A stretch of 64,000 bases of DNA from Pseudogymnoascus verrucosus (Eukaryota), in the NCBI GenBank assembly GCA_001662655.1, contig KV460248.1; one strand, given 5' to 3'. A program made the position numbers and the translations under genes. Position 1 is the stretch's first letter. Every line of letters begins with the position of its first letter. The notes beneath the pieces were generated by a model. The model was not told where the DNA came from, made no database searches, and was given only the letters and a program-made list of their open reading frames with translations. Below, in pieces: positions 24,160 to 37,525 of the stretch.

Positions 24160-24264
24160 CTAGAGTCTCAAAAATAAAGAACCGTTCTCAGTGCCTATTC
24201 TCCCCGAGGGAGGAGCTAGAGCCTCAAAAATAAATAACCGTCTCCAGTACCTATTTTCCCTGAG
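24160..24264 (+). repeat. 56-bp-period tandem duplication in intergenic DNA
   Basis: ctagagtctcaaaaataaagaaccgttctcagtgcctattctccccgag (24160) versus ctagagcctcaaaaataaataaccgtctccagtacctattttccctgag (24216). Confidence 0.8.
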
Positions 24265-25147
24265 CTTTTCCTTAGTAATTGAGGAGGAGATAGAACACTA
24301 CAATTCTGTTTATGAGACCCTTCCGAGGCTAATCACTCAGAATGTGCTTCAGCCGAAAAGAGTCCAGCATGGCGAGGGTACATGGCAGCCAGGACAGAGG
24401 ACGAATAGATTTACGCCCTCCGAGCTGCTGCTCCGGAGGCGGGGGACTTGTTGGAGCTTCGCTCGTTGACCAAGGGATTGCACCTATTTGCTGTAATTAC
24501 TCTGCTACCGTCATTGCTCTCTTTCTGCTATTACTTACTTTCTGTCGTTGCTCACATGCTGCCACGGCCTCAACTGACGGCATGTGCCAGTCAACCAGCA
24601 AGGTTTTCACAGCTTTTGGAGTGGCGACCCGGAGTACACGAATCCATTCCGCGTGGTCTCATTGAAGCGGTTTGCATGAATTAACGGAGAATAAATTCAG
24701 AATGGACGGGAGAGAAGCGGTTTATATCACAGTTGATACTTGCATGAATAGCGTCATTGAAATACAGAAACAGACTTGAATGCATTTCCCAAGTGATAGC
24801 AATGCATTGTAAGAGACTACCACGGCGAGGAATGGGCACGGTGACCTTGGTCGAAGTATGAACCTACTGCGTTCTATAATACTGCATCGTGCACCCGGGC
24901 CCTGGGTATGGACGTTAACACGTCACTTTTCACTCAACAACGACATTCAAACACTGAAGATGAACCAATTACATTCACATATTAAAAATGAAACGGCATC
25001 ATTCACAGACATAGATCACAGCAGACATAAGTTATGAAAAGCATGTCATTGTATCTAAGCTAAAAAGAAACAACCCGACTGCTATTCCACCGGCTAACCC
25101 AACCCATGTCATTCATCATCATTTCCGTTTTCGAGTCAAATGAGAAT

Positions 25148-27083
<1,936 letters not shown>

Positions 27084-28478
27084 GGTTGCGGTTGTGTGAG
27101 CTGAAAATTAAGTGTTGTTTTGATTCAGTGAATCTGAAGAAGAGGAATAAAGTCAGCTTGCTGTTCTTCTCTTGGTCGTTATACATGAAGATGAGAGATG
27201 GATGAAGGATATAACTTACTGCCAGGTTGAATGCTTGATTCGGGTATGGCAGACGATTCGAAAAAAATCAGAACGAAGAAGAAAAAGAAGAGCGAGGAGG
27301 TTTTTGAAGAGGGGGAGGAAAGTTGGTGGGGCAATCCTCTCAGGCTCTGTAGCTACGCTAAGCCGAAAAGAAGTAGCGCAATCGCTAGTTGAATCTAGCC
27401 GAACCAATGAACAAGATTTTAAACGGAGTTTAGGTGGCGGTTGCGGTATAGGCTAAGCCTTTTCCTGTTGATTTCGGGCTCAGATGAGTCTTATCGGGCA
27501 ATGAGGTCAGGCCACCGCACGTGATATTGTATATTTTGACGGTAAACAATTGAGGGGTAAAAATCTGTATGGAGATCTGGACAGACGTAGCTACATGGAA
27601 AGGCTGACAACAAGGCAGAAGGAGGGAACAAGCACAGTAAACAATAAACAGTAGCACATAATAAATGAAGATATATCGACTCTGTTTCTATTTTGCCGCC
27701 TGTATAGAGCTGTGCCCATCGCCTGCCCAATGCAGATTTTTTTTGGGAGGGGTTGCCTAGCATTTCTCCCCCCACCTGCAAGCTTTTTTTTTTTGCAGAC
27801 CAAACTTTCCCATGACCCAACCCTGTTTTTCTGGCAGAGTCATTTTGTGACCCTGAATCATGAATCTTCAGCGAGCCTTTTGAAGATATGGTCATCTGTC
27901 TCTAGGGCAACAGAATTATCTGGGACCGGCATATAATGTTATGCCACTCGTCGTGTGCGCGGAGCGTTGAGTGGAGCTTCATTTTTTAACACACGCCGGC
28001 TTGCCCGTATAGGGAGGCAGACCCCTCTTCATAGCTAGTAATGCAAATTCTGGAGCCTCAGATGCAAGCCTGAACCTGTCCATCCAGTCTTCAGCCCTGC
28101 CCGCCCTTCAATTCCAAGTCTCACCGTATGACGAAGGCTGGCTGGTAACAAATAACTAACCTGTCACTTCATCCGTTGATCATTCACTCGGCTTCAGACA
28201 TTATGCATAGCTTGTACGTACAACGGTTACATATCTTACATCTAATCACCACGCTTGCAGAATCCAACGCCATGCATGCCAAGCGCCCAGAAAATGCTAC
28301 ATACAGTACAGGGCCCATGGCCAAACCCGCATCCCCATATTCCCGTTATCTTCCCGCTCGTCGATTAGCTCCCTTGCTCCACCTGGACGTCTCTGAAAGG
28401 CCCCTGAACCCAAAGCGTCTCCATTCTATATAATTACACAGTCGCCAGTTCGCAGTCGCTGGCTCCATAAATGCTTGC

Positions 28479-31384
28479 TCACCATGCCGTATCGTCATTC
28501 TCATCTTCGAAGCTGATGTCCCTATCGAAATATTTGAATTGCTGCGGCGTGCTTGTACGATTTGGTCCGGTGTATTGCACCGATGGTATATACTCGTACC
28601 CGACCAGTGAATCTGGACTCCGTGGGGGCTTCAACTCGTTCGACTCAGTCCTCCGCGCCACAGGTTTATCAAGACCCTCAAGGGTGTCGACGAGAGCATA
28701 TGCAGACTTGATATAATCCACAGTGAGTTCTTGGTTCAAGGCACGCTCACTCTTGCCGGCTACCACTTCACTCGATTTCTTGTACTTCGGAAGTAGAGTG
28801 AGTTCGCCGCAGCGCCCGTCTGCTTTCCCGCTGTTGACGCTTGAATATCGGAGACGCCAGTCTCGGAAATCGTAGCTGATCTGGGTTCGGTACGTAAGGC
28901 CCGCGAACATATACCGAACCGCGGTCGATGCACTGCTGGCGGCCCCCTTGTCACCCTTCAGACTGGACATGAAATCGGGGATTGGCACGACGAGCTCAGG
29001 AGGCGTCATGACATTGGAACGTTGCCCCAGCTGCGACGCTTCGAGGAACTCAGCAATCTGCGGGTGTGCCTCTAGATTCGCGGCAATGAATGGGAATGAC
29101 GTTTTCTGTCTGAAACGGATATCAAGTGCCTTGTCGGGAAGCATAACGTCACTACAGATATCCTCTGTAATGGCCACCATATTGGACAGTTTGAACCTGT
29201 TCTCCGCCGTGCTTGTCATGCTGAACATCATCTCGAGAGTTGGGAACTTGCTCAGCTGCTTCATATTCTCACCTGCCCAGGGCGACGGGAGGAACTTCAT
29301 GGTAAGAACTGAAGAGGTGCGCGTGTGTCTGTCATTGCCCATCCCACTAACCAAGCGTGACAAATTCTTTGTTGAAGGAGCGAACAGAGTGCGGCTGTTC
29401 AAAATCTCCTTTCCGTCAAACTGCACTGGCTTAGATACATCGACGGGCCCAGAGCTTGGGAGGGCTTGGTGGAGAACATTGCCAACAGTTGCCGATGTCG
29501 ACGTAATTGGGGTTGTGCTCCAGAGATTGGATTCCTGCAACTCATATTGCCTCGCCTTTTCTTCGTCCACCTTATTCGCTCTGTGGTGAGGTGACATGGA
29601 TAAATTCCCCAAGGCGTTATGTTCGGCCTGGCTTGTCAAACCCTGCTCCTCTTCTTTTGGGGGCAGATCCAACTCTTTCTTATCACCTTCCTCAATGCCA
29701 AGTGCCTCTTCTGAATCGACTTTTTCAATGGGAGTTTGCCATCTTGACCAACGACGAAGTCTATTGCGCCAAGACATGGTGTGGTGGTATTCGTAATCAA
29801 TGGCATAGGCTGGACTGTCTGTTTCTTTGAATCCATGTCTGTAGACGGTGCGATCCGCCACATCTGACGAGGATAGTAATAAACGTCTCGCAGCATCAGC
29901 ACTTGTAGACAAACTGGAGCCTTGTTTGCGGCCTAAACCATGGACCCCAAGCTGTATCTTGTTAGATATCAAACTCAAGCAGGAGTTTGCACGGACTTAC
30001 CTTGTCTTTCGAAGCTCTCAGAACTTCTGTATTTGTGAGCCTCGCGAGCTCGGCCAAGACAGGCTCGCCAAACTCATCGGCTTCTTCTACTCCCTGTACC
30101 TTCCGCCCAGGTTTCTTGAGACCGGTTAACGGAACTTCAATCCTATGCACTCCTTCCAAAGTTGACCTAATACCCTCCGCAATAATCTTGGCCTTGGCCT
30201 TTGTAGCGGTGACGCGGATTGCGCGTCTCGAGCGAAATATTTCGATCTTTTCTTCGTCGGCCCGAATGAGTTCGTCGCTGATTGTTTGAAGCGGAGGATC
30301 AGACCGTCCCTCTGCACAGTATTAGCAACAATAGACAAAAGTTTGACAAGTGCTACTTACTTGGAGATAGTAGAAGATCGAGATCGGCGCTATTAACCTG
30401 CAGCTCCATTTCACCAACTGAGGACACCAACTCTTGTGATTCTACGCCCCAACACAGCCGTATAATATTCAAGGCGACGCGCTGTTTTGGCGTGAATGCC
30501 TCGGATATATAGCCACGTAGAGAGCTTTCATCAAAGTGATCCCCTTGGTCGGACGTCCCAGGCATCCATGGTGACTGTCTGAGTATGATGTTCTGAGCCT
30601 TTATCTCCACCGCTTGGCCGACCGGCTGACCAGTCTCTGCCTTCTCCTCCACGGCCTTGCCAGTTTGTGTAACTGAGGCGGCACTTTCAGCCAGTGCAGC
30701 CATCCTCTGCCTCTCAGTTGTCTCGATGTAATATATTAGTTGTGCCATTGTGAAGCCATCGCTCAATTGGTCTTCGATAACCCGAATATCCGTCCACGGC
30801 AAAACCTTTTCCTGCGGTTTAAGAGTTTCGATATTATCGTTGACTTCGTCACGTCCAATCAGTCCCCTCTCACTGTTGAATTCTGCCAATATGTCCACCA
30901 CCGGCGCCTCAATCGTCGTCTGGAATGGTAGTGGCGCGACGTACCGCAGAGTCCCGGAATCTTGAAGCACAATAACTTCCGCAGGCTTCCCCAGAGAGTC
31001 GACCCCCAGCATTTTCGTGTTTTCTCTCAGCTGGGTCGAGTTGACACCGTACATCCGGTCCAGGGGAAGTGCAGAGAGTCGTTTCTCAGGGTCAAATCGG
31101 TAGACGAATTCTGGTTCGCCGTTTGGCACAGACGAAGAGGTTCTGGTCGCCGAACCATGGTTGTCTGGCTTGCTCTCAGATTCGGCATTGTGTTCTTCTG
31201 CTTCTTTCTTTGGCGAATCCTCATGCGCCTGTGCTATTCGTGAAGTCGCATGGAGGTTGCGGCCTCGAAACCCTCCAAATGGTCCAGGAGTCGAAGCTCG
31301 AGGTCGCTTGGCGCGAAGCTGCCCGGAAAGATACAGCTGGCATCGTAAGCAAACCTCTGAGCTTGGTTTCGTCCGTATTATCAT
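28479..31384 (-). CDS. Large mitochondrial protein, probably SLS1-like inner-membrane-bound regulator; 3 exons
   Basis: Presequence MIIRTKPSSEVCLRCQ with Arg-rich segment, then LGVDSLGKPAEVIVL. ORFs 31384-30361, about 30312-30001 and 29951-28479 are joined by canonical introns. Family assignment is from memory only. Confidence 0.65.
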
Positions 31385-31732
31385 AAAGGCGGTTTCGCAA
31401 GTTGCAATACTGTTGATTGATAGCTGCTTGGTCCAATAATTTGGATATTCTCGAGGATCCGGAATATTGGTTTCTCCGCAGATTTGCCAAGACATATGCC
31501 AAACCCCCCCTGATCGTCGTCACCAAAAATGTATCACTGTCGAACATGCATCAAGATATTGTTCTTTATAGAATGAACTATAGACATTCATCATAGCACA
31601 TTGAAAAATAATCATTGGGGTGAGAGAAGAGTATGGTCATTATTGCACATTGAAATCACAATCATCAAGGGGAGGAGATTATGATCATTATTGAATTGAC
31701 TGCCTGACCCATGGGTATATAATTGCCGTTGC

Positions 31733-32119
31733 GCCGTGCAGAAACCGAGAGCGCCACCGGCCGAATGTAGAATCCATCCCATGCGCCGTTAATAAGCCGA
31801 GAGCGTCGCCGATCAAATATAAAATCCACCGCACCGTGAAAAAGTTGAGAGCGCCACTGATCAAATGTATAGTACAGCGGCCATGCTGTGAAAAAATTGA
31901 GAGCGCCATTGCGCGATCGCATGTGCCGTGAGGAAGTCGAGAGCACCACCGCTCAAACATATGATACAACGGCCATGCTGTAAGAAGTTGAGGGCGATCG
32001 CATGTGCCATGAAGAAATTGAAAGTGCCGCCGATGGAATTCAGAAACCATCGCGCGTGCCGTGAAGAAAGTCGAGAGAAGTCGCATGTGCCTCGAGGAAG
32101 TTGAGAGCATCAAATGTGG
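31733..32119 (+). repeat. Degenerate higher-order minisatellite: 9 copies of a GCCGTGAAGAAGTYGAGAGC-like core
   Basis: Core starts at 31733, 31785, 31833, 31885, 31925, 31977, 32006, 32058 and 32089 (spacings 52, 48, 52, 40, 52, 29, 52, 31). Confidence 0.8.
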
Positions 32120-32246
32120 AACCCTTCGTAATCTTTACTCAAGCATAAAAAAACGGCCTATCTTCACACCGTTCGGCATGGTAACAGATGGGGTGGTCCT
32201 TATCGAAAATTAGACATTAATAAATGGAAAAGACTAAGGTTGAAAC

Positions 32247-32612
32247 TTACCCAGTATTTTTGTATGAAAGCCGCCAAATCAAACAGCAAGCTCCTCCAAT
32301 AGCAAAACTACCAAGGGCAACCCAAACAATGGGGCTGAACACCCCAATTCTGCGGAAGATTCGTCTGACCCAGTTGACAAAAAGCTGAGTTTCGATCTCG
32401 GCAATAGCATCTTCTGCTTGTCGCTGTTCTATAGCGTCCATCGAAGGTCGTATGGCGTTGCGTAAAATTGGTGTCATCTCAATAGCGCCAACTGGTTGAG
32501 ACATTGAGGCGGGTTTTGAATCACTTTGTCCTTGGGTTTCTTGACTTTCTTCCGAATGTTGCGACACGGGTGAGTATTGGTGTTTTGTGTTGTAAGATGG
32601 TAAGAATGCCAT
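32247..32612 (-). CDS. Hypothetical 121-aa protein with single C-terminal TM helix (tail-anchored-like)
   Basis: ATG-started intronless ORF with polar N-terminus, hydrophobic GVFSPIVWVALGSFAIGGACCLIW and short basic tail. Confidence 0.55.
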   Translation of the reverse strand: MAFLPSYNTKHQYSPVSQHSEESQETQGQSDSKPASMSQPVGAIEMTPILRNAIRPSMDAIEQRQAEDAIAEIETQLFVNWVRRIFRRIGVFSPIVWVALGSFAIGGACCLIWRLSYKNTG

Positions 32613-32769
32613 TATGGAGAGAGTTATTATGTTTCAACTTGTAGATTGTAAATGAATGGAGGAAGGTACGTTTGTGCCAAAGGTGAAATAACGGGTGACT
32701 ATGATTTCACGTGACCTCAGCCATGAGACCAGTCCAGAGTGGTCGCATGTGATAAAATGGTGTCCTGGA

Positions 32770-35700
32770 TCAGGCTGTGGCGTGTTCGGGATGATGTTTC
32801 TTCAGGAGCTTCCTCAAGACGATGTTCTTGTCACCCTTCAAAGTCTCCCAGGAGCGCAAGAACTCCGCAGCATTCTCCTCTGTCATCTCCGCCGCTCTCT
32901 CCCTGGCGTACTGGTTGCGCTCGCGTTCGATCGCGAGGCGCTTCTGGACGCGCTCGACCATCTCGACGAGATGGTCGTTTTCTTTCTCGAGGTCCTCGGC
33001 CAACCAGATGAGGTTGTACCTCGGCTCGTCGACGGCGATCGACAGCCACTGGGGGTGGCAGCCCCCAGTCCCCACGCAGACCCCCTTGAAGTACTCCGGG
33101 GAGACATCAACATGGAAGTCGGGATTGGTGTGCTCCCCAATCACCCCCGACTTCCATGCCGCATCTCCCTCGGGAGTTGCCATGAATCTTTCGATCCAAT
33201 TGGCCGAGACCGACAGGCGCGGATCGAACCCGCAGATCGTCCGAGCAGTCCCCTTGCCCGATTTGCCCTTGGCGCGCTTGGGGGCGCTCTCGACGATCTG
33301 GTTCTCCTCCGCATACGCCTTCGTCGTCTCGTCAGAGTACTTGACGAGCATGGCGACCAGCTTCCGGCGGTTCTCGTAGTGCGCCATGGAAGCTGTGAGC
33401 CTCGCGATGTTTTTGTGGCAACGATCTCGAAGGTTGGTATCCAACGAGAACATCCCCTCCTCATTGAGAGGGGGACCAGTTGCCACAAAATCACCGCGAA
33501 GCTCACCACCACCATGGTGAGCTCCAAGAACCGCACGGGTTGGCTGGTCGCCAGCCGTCTTCAAGGCGCCAAGCGGGGTCTGCGCCATGAAGGAGCGCAA
33601 CTGGGAAGCCAGAAGACGGTCCATTCCGCCAACGGTTCGCGCCCAGAACTCGTTGCGGTGCTCCAAGCTGCAATACTTGGAGGCGACCGTCTTCATGACC
33701 TCATCGTCACCCACAAAACTCTCGCGAGTTGTGTGGGGACGGTTGCACCCCTCCAGGCGGCAGACCCGCTTGTAGGTCGTCGCTCCCGGGCAGTCATCGC
33801 AGATGAACTTGGCCACGCCGTCTGTGTCAGCGCACTCCAGCTTGACACACGAGACGTGAAACCAATTCTCACATCCGCCTTCACATGCGATCATCTTCGT
33901 GCCATGTCTGACCTGCTTGCACACGCAGTAATCAGCCTTGCCTTTTTGCTTTTTGGCCTGGGACGACATGTTTTCGTGAGAATGATCGATCTTCGCTTTG
34001 CTTGAGTGAGGTTGAGCGGCGATCTCGGAACCGAGTGAAGAAGATTGATGTGCGCTGGTCGTAGAATTGACCTTGGTTGAAGACAGTTTGCGGGCGTTGT
34101 TTGAATCTTTCTTTGACGACGAAGGTTGCTCTGCGCTGGACTTTGGTTTGACCCTGGACGAAGACGAAGATTGTTTGTTGGCGATCTTTGGACCGCTCTT
34201 TGAGGGATTTTTTTTGTTTGTGACTGTCTTGGGATTGCGCTCGTGAGCCTTATCGGATTTGTCCTCGGGAGAAGGAGGCTGCTGTTCACGGTTCTTGGAC
34301 TTGGCCTTGGACGATGACTGACTGTGGGCGTTCTTTGGGTCGTTCTTGAACGAGGAAGCTTTCTCTGTATCGATCGTAAAGTTGTCCTTGAACGATGACT
34401 GCTCGTGGGTGTCGTTGGAATTGTTCTGTGGGACAGGAGAACAACTGCCTAAGAAGCTTGCTCTAGTTGCTTGAAATCCTTGATCTGAATTGGTTCTGGT
34501 GGGCGGAGAACGTGGAGTCTGGGCAAGGAGCTGGGGATCGATCTGGAGATCAAAAGAATAATTGCCTGAATTGGTGGTTCCTGGTGCTTGAAATCCTTGG
34601 TTCAGATCGGGTCTGTTGGAGGAATGAAGTGCTTCGTATTCACGGAGCTGATGATCGATCGGGGGCTCAGAATGGTAATTGTCTGGGGTATTGGCTCCCG
34701 GTGCTTGAAATTCTTGGTTTGGATCGGGTTCCCTGGAGAAATAAAGTGCTTCGTATTCACGGAGCTGATGATCAACCGGGGGTTCGGAAGAATAATCGCC
34801 TGCGGTGCTGGCGCTCTGTGCTTGAAATCCTTCGTTTTGATTGAATCGAGGTGGGTGCTGTTGACCGATCTGGAGTTCACCGATCTGGGAATTGTTCTGG
34901 TGATGAGAAGAGTGATCGCTGAAGGTGCTGAATCTCGATGCTTGGGATCCTTGGTTTGGATCGAATCTGCCGGGACGAGGTGGGTACTGTTCACCGGCCT
35001 GGGATTCACCGATCTGGGAATTGTTCTGGGGAGCAGGATAACAATTGCCTTGTTCGTAGTGGTAGCCTCCTGGTGCTTGATATTCTTGGGCTTGACTGGT
35101 TCGGGCGGGAGGAGATGGTTGCTGTGCAACAATGTTTGAATTGTCCGTGAATGGTGACGGCTCTGGGGCGCTGCTTGAATTGTTTCTGGGGGCAGCGGGG
35201 TGCTTGTTGTGGACTCTGCCAAGGTGCGCAGGATATGTTGTGTAGTTTGAACTATCTCTGTGACCAGAGTATAGATTGTTGAAGGGGGTACGAAGGTTCG
35301 ATGTATCCTCTCTGTAAGCTTGATTGTGTGCACCTGGATTGAACAAAGGTTGTTGTGGAAGGGTCCTCGAGTTGACCTGGGAAGAGGAGGGCGGTGGTTG
35401 TTTGTGATCTTCCTCGGGGTCTTCTTCGTCAGAAGGATCAGAATACGTGCCTTTAAATCTGGTAGGTCGGGCAATATTCCGAAGAATGCGCTGACGTTTC
35501 TTGTTGTGATGATCGCTGTTCTTGCTCTTCTTGTTCTTACGGTCGTATCCACGAGGAGGAAAGTATGGTTGTTGTTCAGAGGTCTGGTTCGAATTGTTTT
35601 CGCCAGAAGATGAAGGTGAATTTGGTTGTTTTCGCTTGCGTGGGCGTTTCTTGACCAACTTGTTCACGCTTGACGAATTACCACGTGGAGGAGGTGGTGG

Positions 35701-36165
35701 GGGAGGTGGAGGAGGAGGAGGAAGCGGGGGGAAATCCTCAGGTTGGGCGGGGCCAGGTACACCTTGACCACGAGAAAATAGTTTATCTCTCAGTCTCTCC
35801 TCAGCTACCTCTCGAGTACGGTGATGGTATCGGCGGCTATCCAGCGACTTCTCCTTGTTGCTGCCAAGCTGCTTGTAAACCGTGCTGTCGGCACTGTTGA
35901 AGCACTTCTTCCACTCCTCTTGGTCGACTCCGTCAGGGCGCGGGAAAGCTTCTTTCTGTTGGTACTTCTCGCTCTTGATATGTTTGGTGGCGAGTTGGTA
36001 CTGGAAGCTGGCCTCGGTGTAGTGGAAACCAAACTTCGACGTGTGGTTGAATTCGGCGAAGGAAGCTGGGGGATTGGAGATTATTTTGTCCTCGTCGCGG
36101 GGCAAGGCTGGGTCGCCGGCTGGGTCGCCGGCGCCGTCGCTAGCGTCCCCATCGGCGCTAGACAT
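32770..36165 (-). CDS. Spp1/Cfp1-like PHD-finger protein with very long low-complexity N-terminus
   Basis: Intronless 1131-aa ORF. PHD YCVCK..MIACEGGCENWFHVSCV..FICDDC is followed by TTYKRVCRLEGCNRP..SKYCSLEH, ICGFDPRL and C..C..HPQW, the domain series of fungal COMPASS subunit Spp1. Confidence 0.8.
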   Translation of the reverse strand: MSSADGDASDGAGDPAGDPALPRDEDKIISNPPASFAEFNHTSKFGFHYTEASFQYQLATKHIKSEKYQQKEAFPRPDGVDQEEWKKCFNSADSTVYKQLGSNKEKSLDSRRYHHRTREVAEERLRDKLFSRGQGVPGPAQPEDFPPLPPPPPPPPPPPPRGNSSSVNKLVKKRPRKRKQPNSPSSSGENNSNQTSEQQPYFPPRGYDRKNKKSKNSDHHNKKRQRILRNIARPTRFKGTYSDPSDEEDPEEDHKQPPPSSSQVNSRTLPQQPLFNPGAHNQAYREDTSNLRTPFNNLYSGHRDSSNYTTYPAHLGRVHNKHPAAPRNNSSSAPEPSPFTDNSNIVAQQPSPPARTSQAQEYQAPGGYHYEQGNCYPAPQNNSQIGESQAGEQYPPRPGRFDPNQGSQASRFSTFSDHSSHHQNNSQIGELQIGQQHPPRFNQNEGFQAQSASTAGDYSSEPPVDHQLREYEALYFSREPDPNQEFQAPGANTPDNYHSEPPIDHQLREYEALHSSNRPDLNQGFQAPGTTNSGNYSFDLQIDPQLLAQTPRSPPTRTNSDQGFQATRASFLGSCSPVPQNNSNDTHEQSSFKDNFTIDTEKASSFKNDPKNAHSQSSSKAKSKNREQQPPSPEDKSDKAHERNPKTVTNKKNPSKSGPKIANKQSSSSSRVKPKSSAEQPSSSKKDSNNARKLSSTKVNSTTSAHQSSSLGSEIAAQPHSSKAKIDHSHENMSSQAKKQKGKADYCVCKQVRHGTKMIACEGGCENWFHVSCVKLECADTDGVAKFICDDCPGATTYKRVCRLEGCNRPHTTRESFVGDDEVMKTVASKYCSLEHRNEFWARTVGGMDRLLASQLRSFMAQTPLGALKTAGDQPTRAVLGAHHGGGELRGDFVATGPPLNEEGMFSLDTNLRDRCHKNIARLTASMAHYENRRKLVAMLVKYSDETTKAYAEENQIVESAPKRAKGKSGKGTARTICGFDPRLSVSANWIERFMATPEGDAAWKSGVIGEHTNPDFHVDVSPEYFKGVCVGTGGCHPQWLSIAVDEPRYNLIWLAEDLEKENDHLVEMVERVQKRLAIERERNQYARERAAEMTEENAAEFLRSWETLKGDKNIVLRKLLKKHHPEHATA
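34469..35085 (-). repeat. In-frame 117-bp (39-aa) tandem repeats inside the Spp1-like ORF
   Basis: Plus-strand anchor gcttgaaat at 34469, 34586, 34703 and 34820 (exact 117 spacing), with degenerate copies at 34940 and 35075. Protein units NQGFQAP..DHQLREYEAL and QNNSQIGE. Confidence 0.85.
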
Positions 36166-37525
36166 GATTCGGGCGGAAAATAATTTCTCCGATGAGCACT
36201 AGTCCAGGTCAGCCACACCAGAACGCGGTGGGATTTGGGCGCTTAATCTACAGAAGGACGCTAAGATTGTCACATACCTTATCGAAGCAAAGATGGTTGA
36301 GGTCGTGATTGCAATTCAACTGATGATAGCACAAAGCACAAAGGATGATTCGACAAAGGTTCAAAATAAATTTCTATGAAGGGGCAAACTGTGTGCGCCT
36401 TATAGGCGACGTTAGCGCGTATGCTCCTAGGCGCTAGTACTAATCCAAGGCTTCTATAGATTCTACAGCATATACCTAGGCAATTAGGTTTAGTGTCTAA
36501 GCATTGCCGCGTGACCCGAGGCGCTAAGCCTTTTTCTAAAGCACGCTAGTCCTTTCTCATAGCACCGCTAGGAGATCACGTTTCTTAAGGAAGCACGTGG
36601 CATAGCATTACGGATTATTCTAAGCCCCGAGGCGGTGCGGTGTGTTTTTTTTCTTTATTAGGACTTTCTTTAGATTGTGCAGTGTGTTTTCTGTCTTTAT
36701 TGGGTTTCTTTAGATTGTTACAGGGTGTAGGGGAGGTGCATGGGAAACTCCCGAAATGCCATGCGTGAGCCGCCGTAAGCGACCTGACATCCCAGTAGTC
36801 CCCTGGTCCCTCCCATCCCTGCACGGTGACGTGCAGAATAGCCGCCTGCCAAGAGATGAGCCCTTGCAGGTATATGCGCAAAAAAACAAACTATCGTATA
36901 TTACTTTTGTAGTCTAGTTGGACGTCTGTTGTAGTGTAGAGAAATTATTTATTCTTTGATATCTATTTCCTATGGCATATGGTTGTGTGTGAGAGTTGAG
37001 CAGATGTACGGTGGTGGTAGTATTACTATGTGCGCAAAATGTTTATATTTCTAGGAATATACGGTTGGTTGTTGGAGCTGAGTTGTAAGATGGAAAGAAC
37101 ATTGATATGTGTTCAAGATATTTATATTCTGAAGAATATCCGGCTAAGTGGGAGTTGAGTGTAAGGGAAAGGCAAAAATATGTTTGAAGCAAGTATTATA
37201 TTTATATTCCTGGGAAGAAATAATTAAGTGTAGGAGCCTGACAAATATAAATCCAAACCAACAGTAGTACGTACGGGAGAATATATGTTTGTAGGAATAT
37301 ATGCTTGAGTCTAGGCATCGTCAACCAGAAATACCTTGGAAGCGTCAACAGAATACGGCGTCACGTACGTATGAATACCTCATACAGCCTGGACAGATGT
37401 CACATCACAGCCGGCACATAACTCTACACCTTGTAACTATCAACAGTATCATCATTGGTATCATGCTAAACTGCATATTCAGAAAGCCCACCACCACATG
37501 CACCATCACCCCCCCCAACCATCAC

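Noticed and set aside
31733..32119. CRISPR array interpretation of the repeat/linker pattern
   Set aside because: Cores are degenerate, linkers are homologous to each other and vary widely in length, there are no cas genes and the host is a eukaryote.
32695..34005. 436-aa plus-strand ORF
   Set aside because: Antisense shadow of the Spp1-like gene with no recognisable motifs.
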